Positions 39,460-53,754 of a DNA stretch of 64,000 nt are shown piece after piece. The stretch is from positions 177,320,001 through 177,384,000 of the forward strand of contig OZ024740.1 of assembly GCA_964016885.1 (NCBI GenBank), written 5' to 3'. Origin of the DNA: Eledone cirrhosa (Eukaryota). Position numbers and translations under genes: made by a program. Position 1 is the first letter of the stretch, and the number at the start of each line of letters is the position of its first letter. The notes under the pieces were generated by a model. The model did not search any database and was not told the origin of the DNA. It saw only the letters and a list, made by a program, of their open reading frames with translations.

Positions 39460-39645
39460 GCGGTGGATTGGCAGTATCGGTAGAGGGTCGGACGCTATGC
39501 TTTGACGCATAGAGTTACGGCCTTCCCCATTCTGAGTTCGAATCCCGCCAGGTTAACTTTGCCTTTCATCCTTACGGGGTCGATAAAATAAAGTACCAGT
39601 AATGTATTGGGTAATTGCTGGCCTTGTGCCAAAAAGTAGAAACAA
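39460..39645 (+). mobile_element. tRNA-derived SINE inserted into a Neptune-like PLE 3' end, with 14-bp TSD
   Basis: A and B boxes present. TSD attattacaacaat (39446-39459) and attattacagcaat (39645-39658). Confidence 0.85.
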
Positions 39646-39811
39646 TTATTACAGCAATATGACCCTCCCCAAGTATAACAATATATATAACATATATATA
39701 TATATATAAGAATTATATATATATATATAAGTATGCATGTATGTATGTACATATGTGTGTGCGTGTATGAGTGCATTGCGCTTTTAATTATATATTTTTT
39801 TCTTTTAGATT

Positions 39812-39852
<41 letters not shown>

Positions 39853-40336
39853 CATATATAAAAAGTAAACTATCCGGTCGGGGCGGCAGGTAAGATGGAA
39901 AAAAATATATATATAAATAAACAAATAAATAAATAATTTCTTTTAAGAGATGTACAAAAAAAAAGAAAGAGAGAAAGAAAGGAAGTTAGGTGGGAGAGAG
40001 GAGTGAGCGGGAGAGGGGGGGGGGGGGGGTTAATAGGGAATTAGAGATTAGATGTTGGTGATGGGGGGAAGAGAAAGAGTGACAAATAAAGAGTAAAAGT
40101 AGGAGACATGTAGAGGGAGAAAGAATGAGAGGAATAGGGTGAAGGAGACACCCACCGCCTTCCCAAACCAACAAAGCTTTATAAAGAGGTTAGGTTAGGT
40201 TTGTCTAGTCTCTATATAGGCTGTATGAGGGTGGGTGTGTTTAGGTTGGGGTGAGGTTATGAGGTTTGTTGAAGTGAGGGTGAGCTTTAGACGACGCGGG
40301 CCGCGGTACAAGTAGAGGGGATAGGGAATGGGGACG

Positions 40337-40337
40337 A

Positions 40338-40398
<61 letters not shown>

Positions 40399-40768
40399 GG
40401 TGGTGGTAGTACTAGAGGTGGTGGTGGTTGTAGTAGTAGAGGTGGTGGTAGTAGTAGTAGAGGTGGTGGTAGTAGTAGTAGAGGTGGTGGTAGTAGTAGT
40501 TGTAGTAGTAGTAGTAGTAGTTGTAGTAGTAATAGTAGTAGTAGTGTTGGGGGTGATAGTGGTGGTGGTGGTGGTGGGGTGGTAGTAGTATGGGTGCGGG
40601 TGGTAGTGGTGGAGGTAGTGGTGGCAGTGGTAGTATTAGTAGTAGTAGTAGTAGTAGTGGTAGTAGTGGTGGTGTTCGGGGTGATAGTGGTGGTAGTAGT
40701 AGTAGAATGGGTTGGGGTGGTAGTTGTAGTTGGGGTAATACTGGTGGGGTGTTTGTGGTGGAGGTAGC

Positions 40769-40826
<58 letters not shown>

Positions 40827-40890
40827 ATAGCCCCAGTAGTAGTAATAGCAGCAGTAGTAGTCTCAGCAGGAGCAGCAACAGCAGTAGCAG
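40337..40890. repeat. (GTA/GTG)n trinucleotide low-complexity tract
   Basis: Directly visible in the sequence. Confidence 0.9.
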
Positions 40891-41019
40891 TTGAAGGAAG
40901 AGGAGGCGAAGAAGAAGGGGGGAGTAGAAGTTAAGAAGAAAGAAGGTGGCCTGACGTCCGTCGGTCGGCCTGCTGCTGATACAGCAAAGCACCTCGCCCA
41001 TCCCTCTCACCGTAGCTAG

Positions 41020-41090
41020 CTTTATCCACGCGACCAGCACACGTTGAGCTTTAAGCCGTCCCTGACTCGTTCATCCAGTCAGTTGTGAGT
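41020..41090 (+). promoter_or_regulatory. Putative core promoter of the achaete-scute gene
   Basis: CACGCG (Hairy/HES class C site) at 41027-41032, TATA-like TTTAAG at 41050-41055, and Inr TCAGTT at 41079-41084 about 30 nt downstream, all within a GC-richer island. Confidence 0.6.
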
Positions 41091-42234
41091 GAGCCGGCAA
41101 TCCATTCACTCACTCACTCAAGTCAAATCAGGCAACCAGCCAGCCAGCCAGGCAAGTCAAGCAACGTCGGCTCTCGCGCTTTGGCAATAAGCAGCCAAAA
41201 AAACAACAACAAAAAAAACAAAAACAAAAGGATACACACTATACACATAAACATATACACACCCACCCACTTACGCACACACGCAATTATATATATTTAT
41301 AAGTATATTTATACTAGAAAAAGATTAAGTGGAAGAAGTATATATATATATATATTTATATCTATATACTCAGAAACACTATAATAAGAAAAGCAAGCAA
41401 ACGAAAATGTATTCCTTACTTATGCAACAAGCTTTCATTTAAATATACATACATGTATTTATATATGTATGTATAAGAGTCATCAAAATATATATCAACG
41501 AAAAATGCAAACGGGAAAAAAAACAAGCATTATACAATTCCCACACTATAATTGTTGCATTCTTCCAGTCAGATGAAAGAGGAAACACTATTTACGAAGA
41601 TAATTAAATAATTACTACACAGATGATATACCTCTACACACTTTGATTATTATTCGATCATATCATTGCTATTCTGTTATAAAATTATCAATATTATCAT
41701 TTAAAACATAAAACACATACATATATAAATATACATTATATATATATATAATGTTTAAACCAATGTGTTTGAACTAATTACATATTAATATTATATATTA
41801 TATTGATATTATTATAATATTTATAATAATTATCATTGCGTTATGGTTATAAATTTATGATTTATAGCACATCATAACATAGTATTACATTTATTTTAGA
41901 GTTATTTATAAATTATTGTATCATCTTTTGAGCTATATATATTGCTATAATAGCAAGCGAAATCCAAAGAACTAATTTTTTCATTTCATTTATAATATCC
42001 CTTAACATTATGCATTTAATATATTTATGACATATATAATTATCACATTTTATCACACACACGTACACGCATATGCTCCTTTAACACGTACCCATGCAGA
42101 CATTATATTTATATTAACTTTATACAACCCACACAACCACCATCATTCCCACCAAAAAGTCATTAACCATAATAATTACACAATACAACATATACTACAG
42201 GAGTAACAATAACATATAACAACAAACAGATAAG

Positions 42235-43704
42235 ATGGATGGTCAAGTAGAGACGATATCTTTGAGTGCTATAGCCAACGTTGCACAACAAATTGGCGTG
42301 CAAGGACACACTATGTTGGGGGCACTGACCGGTACTGACCGTCCGGCTTGTATGTTCACTATACATTCACCAATTGCTAACCTAAACCCATCAAATACCA
42401 TACCACTCTCCATACACACAGCACCAGCAGCAGCGGCAGCAGCAGTAGCAGCAGCGGCGTCCTTATCAACATCATCAGTATCATCAGCAATGTCAGCGTT
42501 AACATCCTCATCAACATCATCGTTATCATCATTACAGACTTTACCATCGTTATCGTCGCTATCATCGTTATCGTCATTATCAACATCATCATCAACAGCA
42601 GCGGCGGCAATACAGGCGGCAACGGTGGCAGTACAAGCGGCGGCGGCAGCAGGAAATAATGCAACGGCAGCGGTAGTTGCACAACAAGCGGCGGCACAAC
42701 AAGTTGTTGCACAACAAGCAGCGGCACAACAAGCGGCACTGCAGCAAGTAGTGGCACAGCAAGCGGCAGCACAACATGTAGCGGCGCAACAAGCAGCAGC
42801 ACAACAAGCAGCAGCACAACAAGCAGCAGCACAACAAGCAGCGGCACAACAAGCAGCGGCACAACAAGCAGCGGCGCAACAAGCAGCAGTACAGCATGCG
42901 GCGGCACAGCAAGCAGTAGCACAGCAAGCAGCAGCACAGCAAGCTGCGGCAATGGCAGCAGCGGCGGCGGCGGCCGCGGCTTTGACATCATCGATTACGA
43001 CGGCGACGACGGCGACATCCACAACGATGGCTGCGACGACGAACGCGTTTTCAACGACGACGGCGCCAGTAGCAGCAGCAGCAGTGACGAATGTGTTTCC
43101 AACGACGACGACGGCGACGGCGACAACGAACGGATTTCCACCAACGGCGATGACGACAGCGCCGACGGCTCCGACAACGACTCCCAATTCGAAATCAGTC
43201 CGTACAATATCGATGAAAGAGAACGCACGCGAGCTGATGAACTGCAAACGCCGTCTCGATTTCAACCACACCAACTACCTGCCTCTACACCGACCGCAAA
43301 CGGTGGCCGTGGCACGACGGAACGAACGAGAAAGAAACCGCGTCAAATTGATTAACATGACATTCGCCACTCTCAGAGAACACATACCTAACGGCCCGAA
43401 AGGTAGCAAGAATAAAAAAATGAGTAAAGTGGAAACACTGCGAGCTGCCATCGATTATATACATTATCTACAGGAACTTGTTGATGATAACGACACGGTC
43501 AGTACGATCTTCGACAATGGCTGTTTATCAGCGGCTAACTTGTCCGGATTAACAGCTGCTAGTCTTACAGCAGCCGGTTTGACCAGTGGAATATACCAGA
43601 CTACAGCTATGAACTCACCTCGACCAAGTTCTTGCTCGGATAGTTCTTATGAAGGGCTCAGCGCTGAAGAAGAAGAACTACTGGGATTCACAAAATGGTT
43701 TTGA
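42235..43704 (+). CDS. ASCL1: Achaete-scute family (ASCL1-like) proneural bHLH transcription factor, uninterrupted ORF, 489 aa
   Basis: [11 protein letters not shown] pre-basic motif; b[31 protein letters not shown]...[23 protein letters not shown]; C-terminal ASC motif [14 protein letters not shown]. The symbol denotes the family, not proven one-to-one orthology. Confidence 0.95.
   Translation: MDGQVETISLSAIANVAQQIGVQGHTMLGALTGTDRPACMFTIHSPIANLNPSNTIPLSIHTAPAAAAAAVAAAASLSTSSVSSAMSALTSSSTSSLSSLQTLPSLSSLSSLSSLSTSSSTAAAAIQAATVAVQAAAAAGNNATAAVVAQQAAAQQVVAQQAAAQQAALQQVVAQQAAAQHVAAQQAAAQQAAAQQAAAQQAAAQQAAAQQAAAQQAAVQHAAAQQAVAQQAAAQQAAAMAAAAAAAAALTSSITTATTATSTTMAATTNAFSTTTAPVAAAAVTNVFPTTTTATATTNGFPPTAMTTAPTAPTTTPNSKSVRTISMKENARELMNCKRRLDFNHTNYLPLHRPQTVAVARRNERERNRVKLINMTFATLREHIPNGPKGSKNKKMSKVETLRAAIDYIHYLQELVDDNDTVSTIFDNGCLSAANLSGLTAASLTAAGLTSGIYQTTAMNSPRPSSCSDSSYEGLSAEEEELLGFTKWF
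42680..42950 (+). repeat. Coding 15-bp repeat encoding (A)QQAAA pentapeptides
   Basis: gcacaacaagcagcg-type units, more than 15 copies, with synonymous variation. Confidence 0.9.
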
Positions 43705-43864
43705 AGAAAAAAAATATATATATATATTTATTATACACATACAAAATGGCAAAGACATATAATAACGAAATATTTCAAAGAAAGAAAGAAAGAAGAAAAA
43801 TATGAAATATAATCGTTGCCGTGGAAACATTCACGTGGTAAGATTAATTTACTTCTTAGTTGTT

Positions 43865-44039
<175 letters not shown>

Positions 44040-44092
44040 ATTTATATATATATATATATGTATATATGTATATATGTATATATATATATGTA

Positions 44093-44128
<36 letters not shown>

Positions 44129-44133
<5 letters not shown>

Positions 44134-44227
44134 ATAATAATAAATTTGAAGACTAAAATCCAAAGAGGGCTCGATAAGGATAAATATATATCAAATATAT
44201 AAGAACCGTAGAGCAAATATTTATTAA
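44129..44227 (-). mobile_element. Terminal ~98 bp of the Naiad-type PLE inserted in (TA)n downstream of the ASC stop codon
   Basis: Near-exact reverse complement of 7449-7548. Confidence 0.88.
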
Positions 44228-44272
44228 ATATATATATTTATATATATATATAAATGTATGTATGTATATATA

Positions 44273-44324
<52 letters not shown>

Positions 44325-44326
44325 CT

Positions 44327-44394
<68 letters not shown>

Positions 44395-46611
44395 GATATG
44401 TTGTGTTATATCTTCTGGTATTGATTGTTTTTATTTTGTGGATAATTCTTTTAAATCTCCGTTTTTTTAATTTTATTTTGTATAGTTTACCATCGTTTTA
44501 ATCAAAGATATATGTGTCAGTGTATCTGTCTATATAATGGTGTCTGTCAGTACGCGTGTAGGTGTGTGTGGGCGCCCGCGCGCGGTCGCGTCTATGTGTG
44601 TGTGTGTGCGTGTACGTGTAGTTGTGTGTATGTGTGCGCTTTTAAAAAGTTTATTTCATTTCATTTTAAAACACTTTTGGAATTGAAACTGTCAAATCTA
44701 TTATGTGAGAGATGAGGTTAAAATGAATTTAAAGGAGTGATGATGCATGTCTGACTGGTTAGAGTGTTCAACATATTACTATAGGGTAGTTGGTTTGATT
44801 GGTGGACCGGATGGAATGGTGTGTTCTTGAATGTGGCACTTTATTTTTCGTCGCTTTTCATGATATGAATGAAGGGTATATCGTTAAAACACACAAGAGC
44901 CTCTTTTGAGATGCAGCCACATAGCAGGCCCCAAAATCTTTTATAAAAACAGAAAATGTAATTTTTTTTTTTTTTTTATTTAAAGAAAGATTTGTTTTAT
45001 ATTTGGAAAGCTTGAAAACTGCAATAATGATACATGTTGATAACATAGATGAAGAAATGAGTATCCCAAATTAATGACGGATGAATTTTTTTTTTCAAAT
45101 AAATTGCCGCCATATTCTTTTCATCATATATAGTTTATCATTATAACTCTGTTTATTTAAAATAAAAAATGTGTTGTCATTCGTGACATTGAATGTGGAG
45201 TTTATTCAGAAAGTAGTTATAAAATGTTCAATCTCACATCCTTTCACCATCTTTGTCCCCTCTCCCTGTGTCTGTATATTGCCAACTATATCGTACATAT
45301 CAACGTATCTATTTATCCATGTCCAACTATGATTTCTTCTATCTATGTATCTATCTATCTATGTTTATATATATATATATATATCTGGTGTATATATATA
45401 TGTGTGTGTATATAAATATATGCATGCCTGTGTTTTTGTGTGCGGGTCAGAGTGTGTATGGCTGCGACATTGGAATATTTCGTATTAACGCGCCTGTTTT
45501 GCTGTGTTCCGGAATTAATGAAACCGGATTCACGTGAAATAATTGTTTCTACTTTAGGCACAAGGCCAACAATTACCCAGTGCAATGACTGATAAATGTT
45601 ATTGAAGATTTAAATGGCGAGACTCATTGACCCAGCAGAACTATTATCAAATGTGTTTTGTACACACAAAGCTATTTTATACTAACGATGGGTTGGGGTG
45701 TACTACATTATCCAATGTGCATTTCCTTTACTGTAGGATGGGATTTGAAGAAGATTTTGTTACTATCTCTAGATGCTATATACTCGGCGAGCTAGTTATT
45801 TGTTGTTCCTATCCTCCTCCGACTTACTCAATTTTCACGCAACATACACACACGCGCACACAAATCTACACATATTCAGGGATCACCCTCGTTACACAAA
45901 TTTGGTTATGGAATTTCATATTTAAGGAGATTGAAGAGATTGAATTCTAGTTTCTAGGATATGGTGCGTAATTTCACCCTTTCTGAATCTCGGATAAATT
46001 TTCAGAATTTTGAAAACAGAAATTACGATATATTCTTTATAAAATATAATTCATACTGGGTAAATATTATGGCATCATCTGGCGTTTTGTAGATTTGCTG
46101 TGTTTCACCGCGGCTGATGGATTTGACATTTTCAAATGTACAGTACGTTGTTATGTTACCTTACACTTATACAAGATGATTAGAAATACGTCATGATATG
46201 GAAGTGAAGGCTTGATATAAAACTGTTCCTGGATGTGTGGATCGACGATCACTCTAGCTGTAATATGTCGATACACATGATGTTCATTCAAACGAATGCT
46301 AAAAGTTTATTCATATTTATTCTCTAACGTAATCCTCTTCAAATATCTTTAGTTATATTATTAACAATGATTTTCATTTATAAAAGACGTTTCATGTATA
46401 TACCCCCCTATCTCTTTCCACAGAAAAAAACAGGTGGAGACATTAAAATTTTTTAATATCAATATCAATAGGATCGTAACTTTTTCGTCGCGGAATTCCA
46501 CATTACGAGAAAGCTTTCAGGAAAGAAACCTTTCTGTAACGCAAGGGATTGCTGTACATGCATATCCATACTTACACACTCACATACATTATACGTATCA
46601 GTTACTGACTC

Positions 46612-46658
<47 letters not shown>

Positions 46659-48681
46659 CTCTTTCTTTCTTTCTTTCTTTCTTGCTTTCTTTCTTTCTTT
46701 CGTTCGACCATTCTGTTTTTCTCTTTTTACCTCTGTCTTTCCCCCTCAATCATCACTTTAAGTAGATAGAGACTCTGTTGGCAACCGATGAGTATTTCAG
46801 ACATCCTATATCTTTCATCTATGATACCAATGTTTCCAAGGTTATCATTTTGATAAAACCTGGAACAGATAAACAAGCAAGAGCAAAGATATAGCACTTC
46901 CATTAACATTAGTGTATGTATTTATATACGTAATCATATTTGTGTATAAATATGTGTCTATCGGCATCCTTTCTTGCATGTCATTGTCCATCGTAACTGA
47001 TGTTGCCTATCTCCTTGATTATACATCACAATACTTGATGTACAATTTCATTTGCAGATAGGGTATGAAAATGTTTATTTGTATGAGCCAAGCATTACTG
47101 CGTGTGAATGTCTTTGTTCTTGTGATGCTGAATCCATTTCTTCCCCCATAGTTTCAATTGCTCTACAGATAACGAAGCCGTCAATGTAAACGATGAGTAG
47201 AGATGTCTTTGACAGTTGTGGCCTTCAGCTAGTCTTTTATCTGCTTCTAACAGCCAGGTGGTGACCATGGTGTAGATGGCCATAAAGGATTCGACAAATT
47301 CACTCATGCAATGTCATGAGTGAATATAACACAAATATAAGAATTTTAGATACATATATACCACATGGTTGATGTTGTGTAAATATTAATAAGAGTTTTA
47401 TTTCGGGGCTGGAGGCCGACTTGTTCTGTATTTATGAGAAATTTGAAAAATTAAACTAGAAGAATTTACATACATACTTACATACATACATAAACACATG
47501 CATACGTACATACATACATGCATATGTACATATTTATATACGTGCGTGCGTGCGTGTTTGCGTGCAAGCTACGAGATGTTGGAATATTTGATTCAACATT
47601 TTCAATGTCATATTATTTTAATCTATTATTTCACATGCACCAATTGAATCTTTATATCTCACGACAAAGAGCTGCGCTCAGGGCATTAGTTCGTCTTAAT
47701 CTGGCCTCGCAGTCCAGTCTGGTGTAAATAAGTTAGTCTTAATATAGTTAATGTAGAGATCATTAAAACACTAATTGGAATTAAATATACAGTGAGGAAA
47801 AAGCAATGTTCTGGTTTGTAGCATTTAACATGTTAACACTATTTTATCTATTGTTGTTATTGATGTTTATCTCGCTTTTGTTGCGAGGCTCCCAGTAAAT
47901 TCTGATCGAGTAGACGCATAACAAAGGGTATTCCATCCGTGGCAACCACACATTTTTCAGAAAAAATTTAACTTGCATTACGCAATTCAATACTACCATT
48001 TCTCTACACCATCTACATTTACAGTGTCGAATGATTTTTTAAAGATAGTAGGCTGCGAATGGAGGGAGATTTGGCTGCTATCCTAAGCAGTTGACCGGCT
48101 ATGTAGTGACGTCCAGATAGTATACTAGACTAAATTCTTTGCAGTATAATCTTGTAGCTTTTTAAATTTAAATTTGGCTCGTTGTTGTTTGCCTTTCTCA
48201 TTAGTTCCGGGAACGATAAAATAATGTTGAAATGTAGAGGAATGCCGCATCTAAGTTTCGATATTTGCTTTTAACAGTTGGAGATCAACAAAATAATATA
48301 TTAGTGCATGGATCGATTTAATCGATAACATCTCTGCTCGGAAAATGTGTGTTGTTTAACCCCAGGTCAATTCTGATTGAATAGATTTATGATTAACTTC
48401 ATTCTAGCCTTGGCCATCCCGTTTTATTAGATATATTGGACTATATTGTATAATGTATCTTCTCCTTTACCAAAATGGTAGAGTATACAATTTTTGAGAG
48501 ATTTGGCTGTCATTTTTAACAAGTAAATTGACCACATAAGAGCTCCTTCATTGGTTCCTTCTGACTTTGTGGCAAGGTTAAGGATAGAAGTATCGAATTT
48601 AGCATAATTTCATAATTCCATTTAAAAACAGAATATGTATATATACGCACGTACACACACACACACACACACACACGCGGG

Positions 48682-48733
<52 letters not shown>

Positions 48734-49857
48734 TATATATTATATTTAAATGAGTGTGAGAGAGGTAGAGAACGAACTAAGTTTGTGCAAAGAGAAAGAT
48801 AATTAAAACGAAAATAAAACGAAAACATAAGTCTGGTATCGGCAAAAATAATAAAATAAAGTTTTCTAAATTGAATAAATTGAATAATATTATATTTAAA
48901 TTTCAAATACCGAAGGGCCGTTTGTGTAACATAATCAAATTTGAAACGTAATTTCGTTGAAACCCGCCTTTTTTTAAATCGGAAATTATATGTTATTATT
49001 GTTAATATATATCCGGTTCAGAAATATGTATGTGTGCACACGCGCATATATAAACACACAAATACACACATACACACATACAACCATACTTATTCTTGAA
49101 TCACTGAAAGAGCCTCTACACGGTCGTGATAGAAATAGCATAAAATAGCTCTCAAAGCATACACCACTGTCTTAAGTAGGAAATATCTGGATAATGTAAT
49201 CCTAGAAAGATTATGTCTGAATATATTCTCATAAAAAAGACAGAATAGTCATGGCTGGAATGCCTTTCATCATAGGTGTCTACGACTAGGACTGACTTGG
49301 GGTTAAACATAATAACAACAACAACATTAACTTTGTCCTTTATCCTGTGTGAAATCAATAAATTTGATACTTTTCAAAGATGATTCATTGGCGAAATTCT
49401 TAGAGGGACGAACGAGATGTCTTGCAGCCTATGTTCTAACTCTTTGAATGCACTGTTCTTGATTTGTACACTTAACACTTCGCCCGGTATAACACCACTA
49501 ACTAGAAATGTGAGTGTCTTTAAAGGATTTCACCTTGTTACAAACATTCCAACCCGGTTTCTGGTTTAATCTTTGAGGCAACCAAAAAAAAAAAAGGGAA
49601 CCTTCTTGGGCGTTACCCCCCTCCCCCACCAGACCCCTAATTAAGTGGCATAAAAAGTTATCAACAGCAAAGAAAATGACTTGATGATCAGCGTTTCGGT
49701 TCTTTCGATCAAGAGAAATCCCTACTTATAGATTTATACTGAATGCGGCTTAATATTACACAGACACTTTAAACTATTATTGTATTACAGAAGCAGAATC
49801 ATCAAAGAACTGCCTATGACTGTTGTGCATATGTATATATGTATGTATGCATAAATG

Positions 49858-50173
<316 letters not shown>

Positions 50174-51560
50174 CATTGATAGAATGATAGATAGATAGAT
50201 AGGTATCTTTTCCATGCATTCTAGTGTAAGTTGTTGATCAATCCATTGCAAACTATACCTTTAATATAGTCTTATACACTACAACCGGAATCAGTATGAC
50301 ACACCGTGTAGCAAGTTCGGGCCATTTGCATTACTGATACAGTCCAATCAACAAGCTTTCGTAGAGCTTCCGTATATAAATTTTATGAGTAATACTTGCG
50401 TCAACGCGAAGCTATGACTAGAAAACATTGATTTTAGCTGTCGGGCATCGAAATTAAATCCAGGTTCTCATGATTTCGAAACTAACTACTTAAACATTTA
50501 TTTGGCCATAACATCAAGAATCACAACTTCAGCCCCAACCGCAATACTTACGCACACAATAACAGCATGGAATAGTTAATACAATGTTTAGGGCTTACTT
50601 ATAGTGACCTAATTTCATTGAAAAGAGATTTAATAAAAACAACAATAACAATAATAACAACAGCAATGAAAACGATGCCGACAACAAAGACAACGAATAC
50701 AACACAGACTGACGTACACACACATACACATACTGACGTATAAACACACACATATATGCACTGATACACATGTACGTATAGACATACACCACACATGAAC
50801 ATGTCTAGTGTCAGCTACTGACTGACTAGTCGAGTGAAGGACATGGTAGTTGTGATTGTTTAACCCAGGGTCAACGTTGTTCGAGCAGAGCTCTAATCAA
50901 AGGCATTCCATCTGTGAACATCCATCTTTAACGGAAGTGTGTGATTTAAGGGAGATTTAGCTGCAATTTCTAACAGGTTGTAAGACCATACATTTGAGTA
51001 GTTTGCTTGTCATGGTAGAGACTTCAGAAATATTTAAATGTGGCTGCTATTTCTAGCATGTCGAGTGGCAGCATAGAAGCTCCCTGACCAGATGATGTTG
51101 CCTCAAGATAAAAGGTAGACAGGTAGTGGAGGGGAAGGGGAATCACGTGTGTGTATATGTGTATGTATGTGTCAGTCACAATACATATACAATAGCTTAC
51201 CTTCTTTTCAATACATGAGTATTAACAAAGCATCTACCCCTTCCACCATGTACATTCATGCACACACACCTATACATATAGACACATACACATACACACA
51301 CATACATATAGACACATACACACTTACCTATACATATAGACACATACACACACACACCTATACATATAGACACATACACACACATACAATGTAATTCCTG
51401 ATGTATAAAATATGAGATGCTCACGGCTGGAACGCCTTTATCAGCAATAAGAAGAGAAACGCTCTTTCCTATCTGTTTCTATGTCTGTGATATCTGAGAA
51501 AAAATTCACCTCTGCCAGTCGATCTCTCTTTTTCTTTCTCTAACTCTCTTTCACTCTCTA

Positions 51561-51648
<88 letters not shown>

Positions 51649-52233
51649 TCTCTCACTCTCTCCACCCTCTCTCTCTCTGTATATATTATATATATTGCCG
51701 TTGTAATTACTTAATACATGTGTAAATATGACTTGGATTATATTTAGTTCAACTTCCGTTTTTACATGTTTCTTGTCTACATCATTGATGTTCTAATCGC
51801 GACAATGATGAGGATGATGGCGATAGCAAGATAAGGGGTGACAATGATAATGTTAGTATATTAATGGTTATGGTTGCATATGATGGTATTTATCCTTGTC
51901 ATTTTCATGACGATTACGATTACAACGACCACGATGTTGATTATGGGATAATTGTCATGTTTCTGTTCCTTGCACGGGTGCTATTTTAAATTCTATACGA
52001 CTGCATGTATGTATGCATACACTCGCATGCACACGTACATTCAGGTAACATAATTATATGTCTGTGTTTGCTTATGACTACGTATGTACACCCGTTTGTG
52101 CAATTGATGGTTAGAACAAGGTTCTACGAACAAATTAAAAGAACTCCGTACTTATATATTTTGGAGTGAATTAGATATATTTTATATAGTATATGTTGAC
52201 ACTAGCATATATATATAAATGTATTTGAATATG

Positions 52234-52296
<63 letters not shown>

Positions 52297-52632
52297 ATAT
52301 ATATATCTATTTCACTATATATGTATATATATATATATATATGTGTGTGTATGTGTGTGGGTGTATGTATATGTACATCTATGTATATATATATATTAGT
52401 TATTTGAGCATTTTCTGAACGCTATTCAACTATAAAATTTTTTTTCTTTTTACAGTTAACAACGAAACATTGAAGAAAAGTCACTACCATTGTAATCACT
52501 GAGACCTTCTTTGCTAATGGATTTGTCATGCCAGCACATGTGAATGTATGAAAAACGAATTAAAGACAGATTCACACACAGACATTCATATGTATATATA
52601 TATATATATATATATACATATGAATGTCTCTC

Positions 52633-52668
<36 letters not shown>

Positions 52669-53689
52669 TATATTTATAAAACCGGGAAAAGAAACATAAA
52701 AAAGAACACTAATTTCCTATGTAAATCTTTGAATGTTTACTTCGCTGAAAGACTTATGAATTATACAAGAAACTGTCTGTATCAGCTGAACAATAGCGGG
52801 GCTTTTTTTTTTTTCTTTCTGATTCCGACGAAGTCTCACTTCTGAAGCATCACCTTCCACTTCTTTCGACTGCATACATACTTACCCAATTCATGCGCTT
52901 CATTGAATATTTTTTGCCGACACAGACTACAAACACTTTTGTGAATACTTGTTTTCGGTATATCATAAGAACATATATTTTAAATACTAAAAAAAAAAAA
53001 ATAAAACAAAAAAAAAATAATAATAATCATAATGAAGTTTTACCATATATTCAAAGACATGGCCACACATTTTAAAGGTAAAAATGTTGTCGAATTAATG
53101 TACGCGTGCATTTGATTGAATATTTTCTTTTACAACATTCTGACGGATGCAGGAAATCGGTGAGATTTCGAACGCAGAAGATAAAATGACGCCATTAAAT
53201 ATTGACTTTATCGATTCTGCCTCTAAATCCACCGACTTATATCAATCTATTGCCATTGAATAGATTTCCTATGGCTAATTTACATGGCAAAATTGTATAA
53301 AGCATAATGCATCCTCGCTTGCCCCCCCCCACTGTATGTTACTAGTAGTCTAATTATGAGACTTCCGGGGGTGGGGGGATAAAGAAGTAAAAAAACCTGC
53401 ACCCCAGTATAGGATGCAGAACCGAAAGAAACACATTTAGACATTGCAATGCATAAAGTCTGGTGCCTTGTTTCATTGTTTATTCCATACAACCGCATTT
53501 TTCTTCCATGTATATATTTGTGAACATATATTTTTTATGAACAAACAGACACACAGACACCACAAACTGTCGAACGCATATGTACATTACACACCCACAA
53601 CATATATATATGTATATATATATATAAAGAAAGAAAGAAAGAAAGAGAGAGAGGGAGAGAGAAAGAGAGAGAGAGAGCGAGAGAGAGAG

Positions 53690-53754
<65 letters not shown>

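Noticed and set aside
42243-43274. 343-aa antisense ORF with CCAAA repeats
   Set aside because: Shadow of the QQAAA codon repeat of the achaete-scute CDS.
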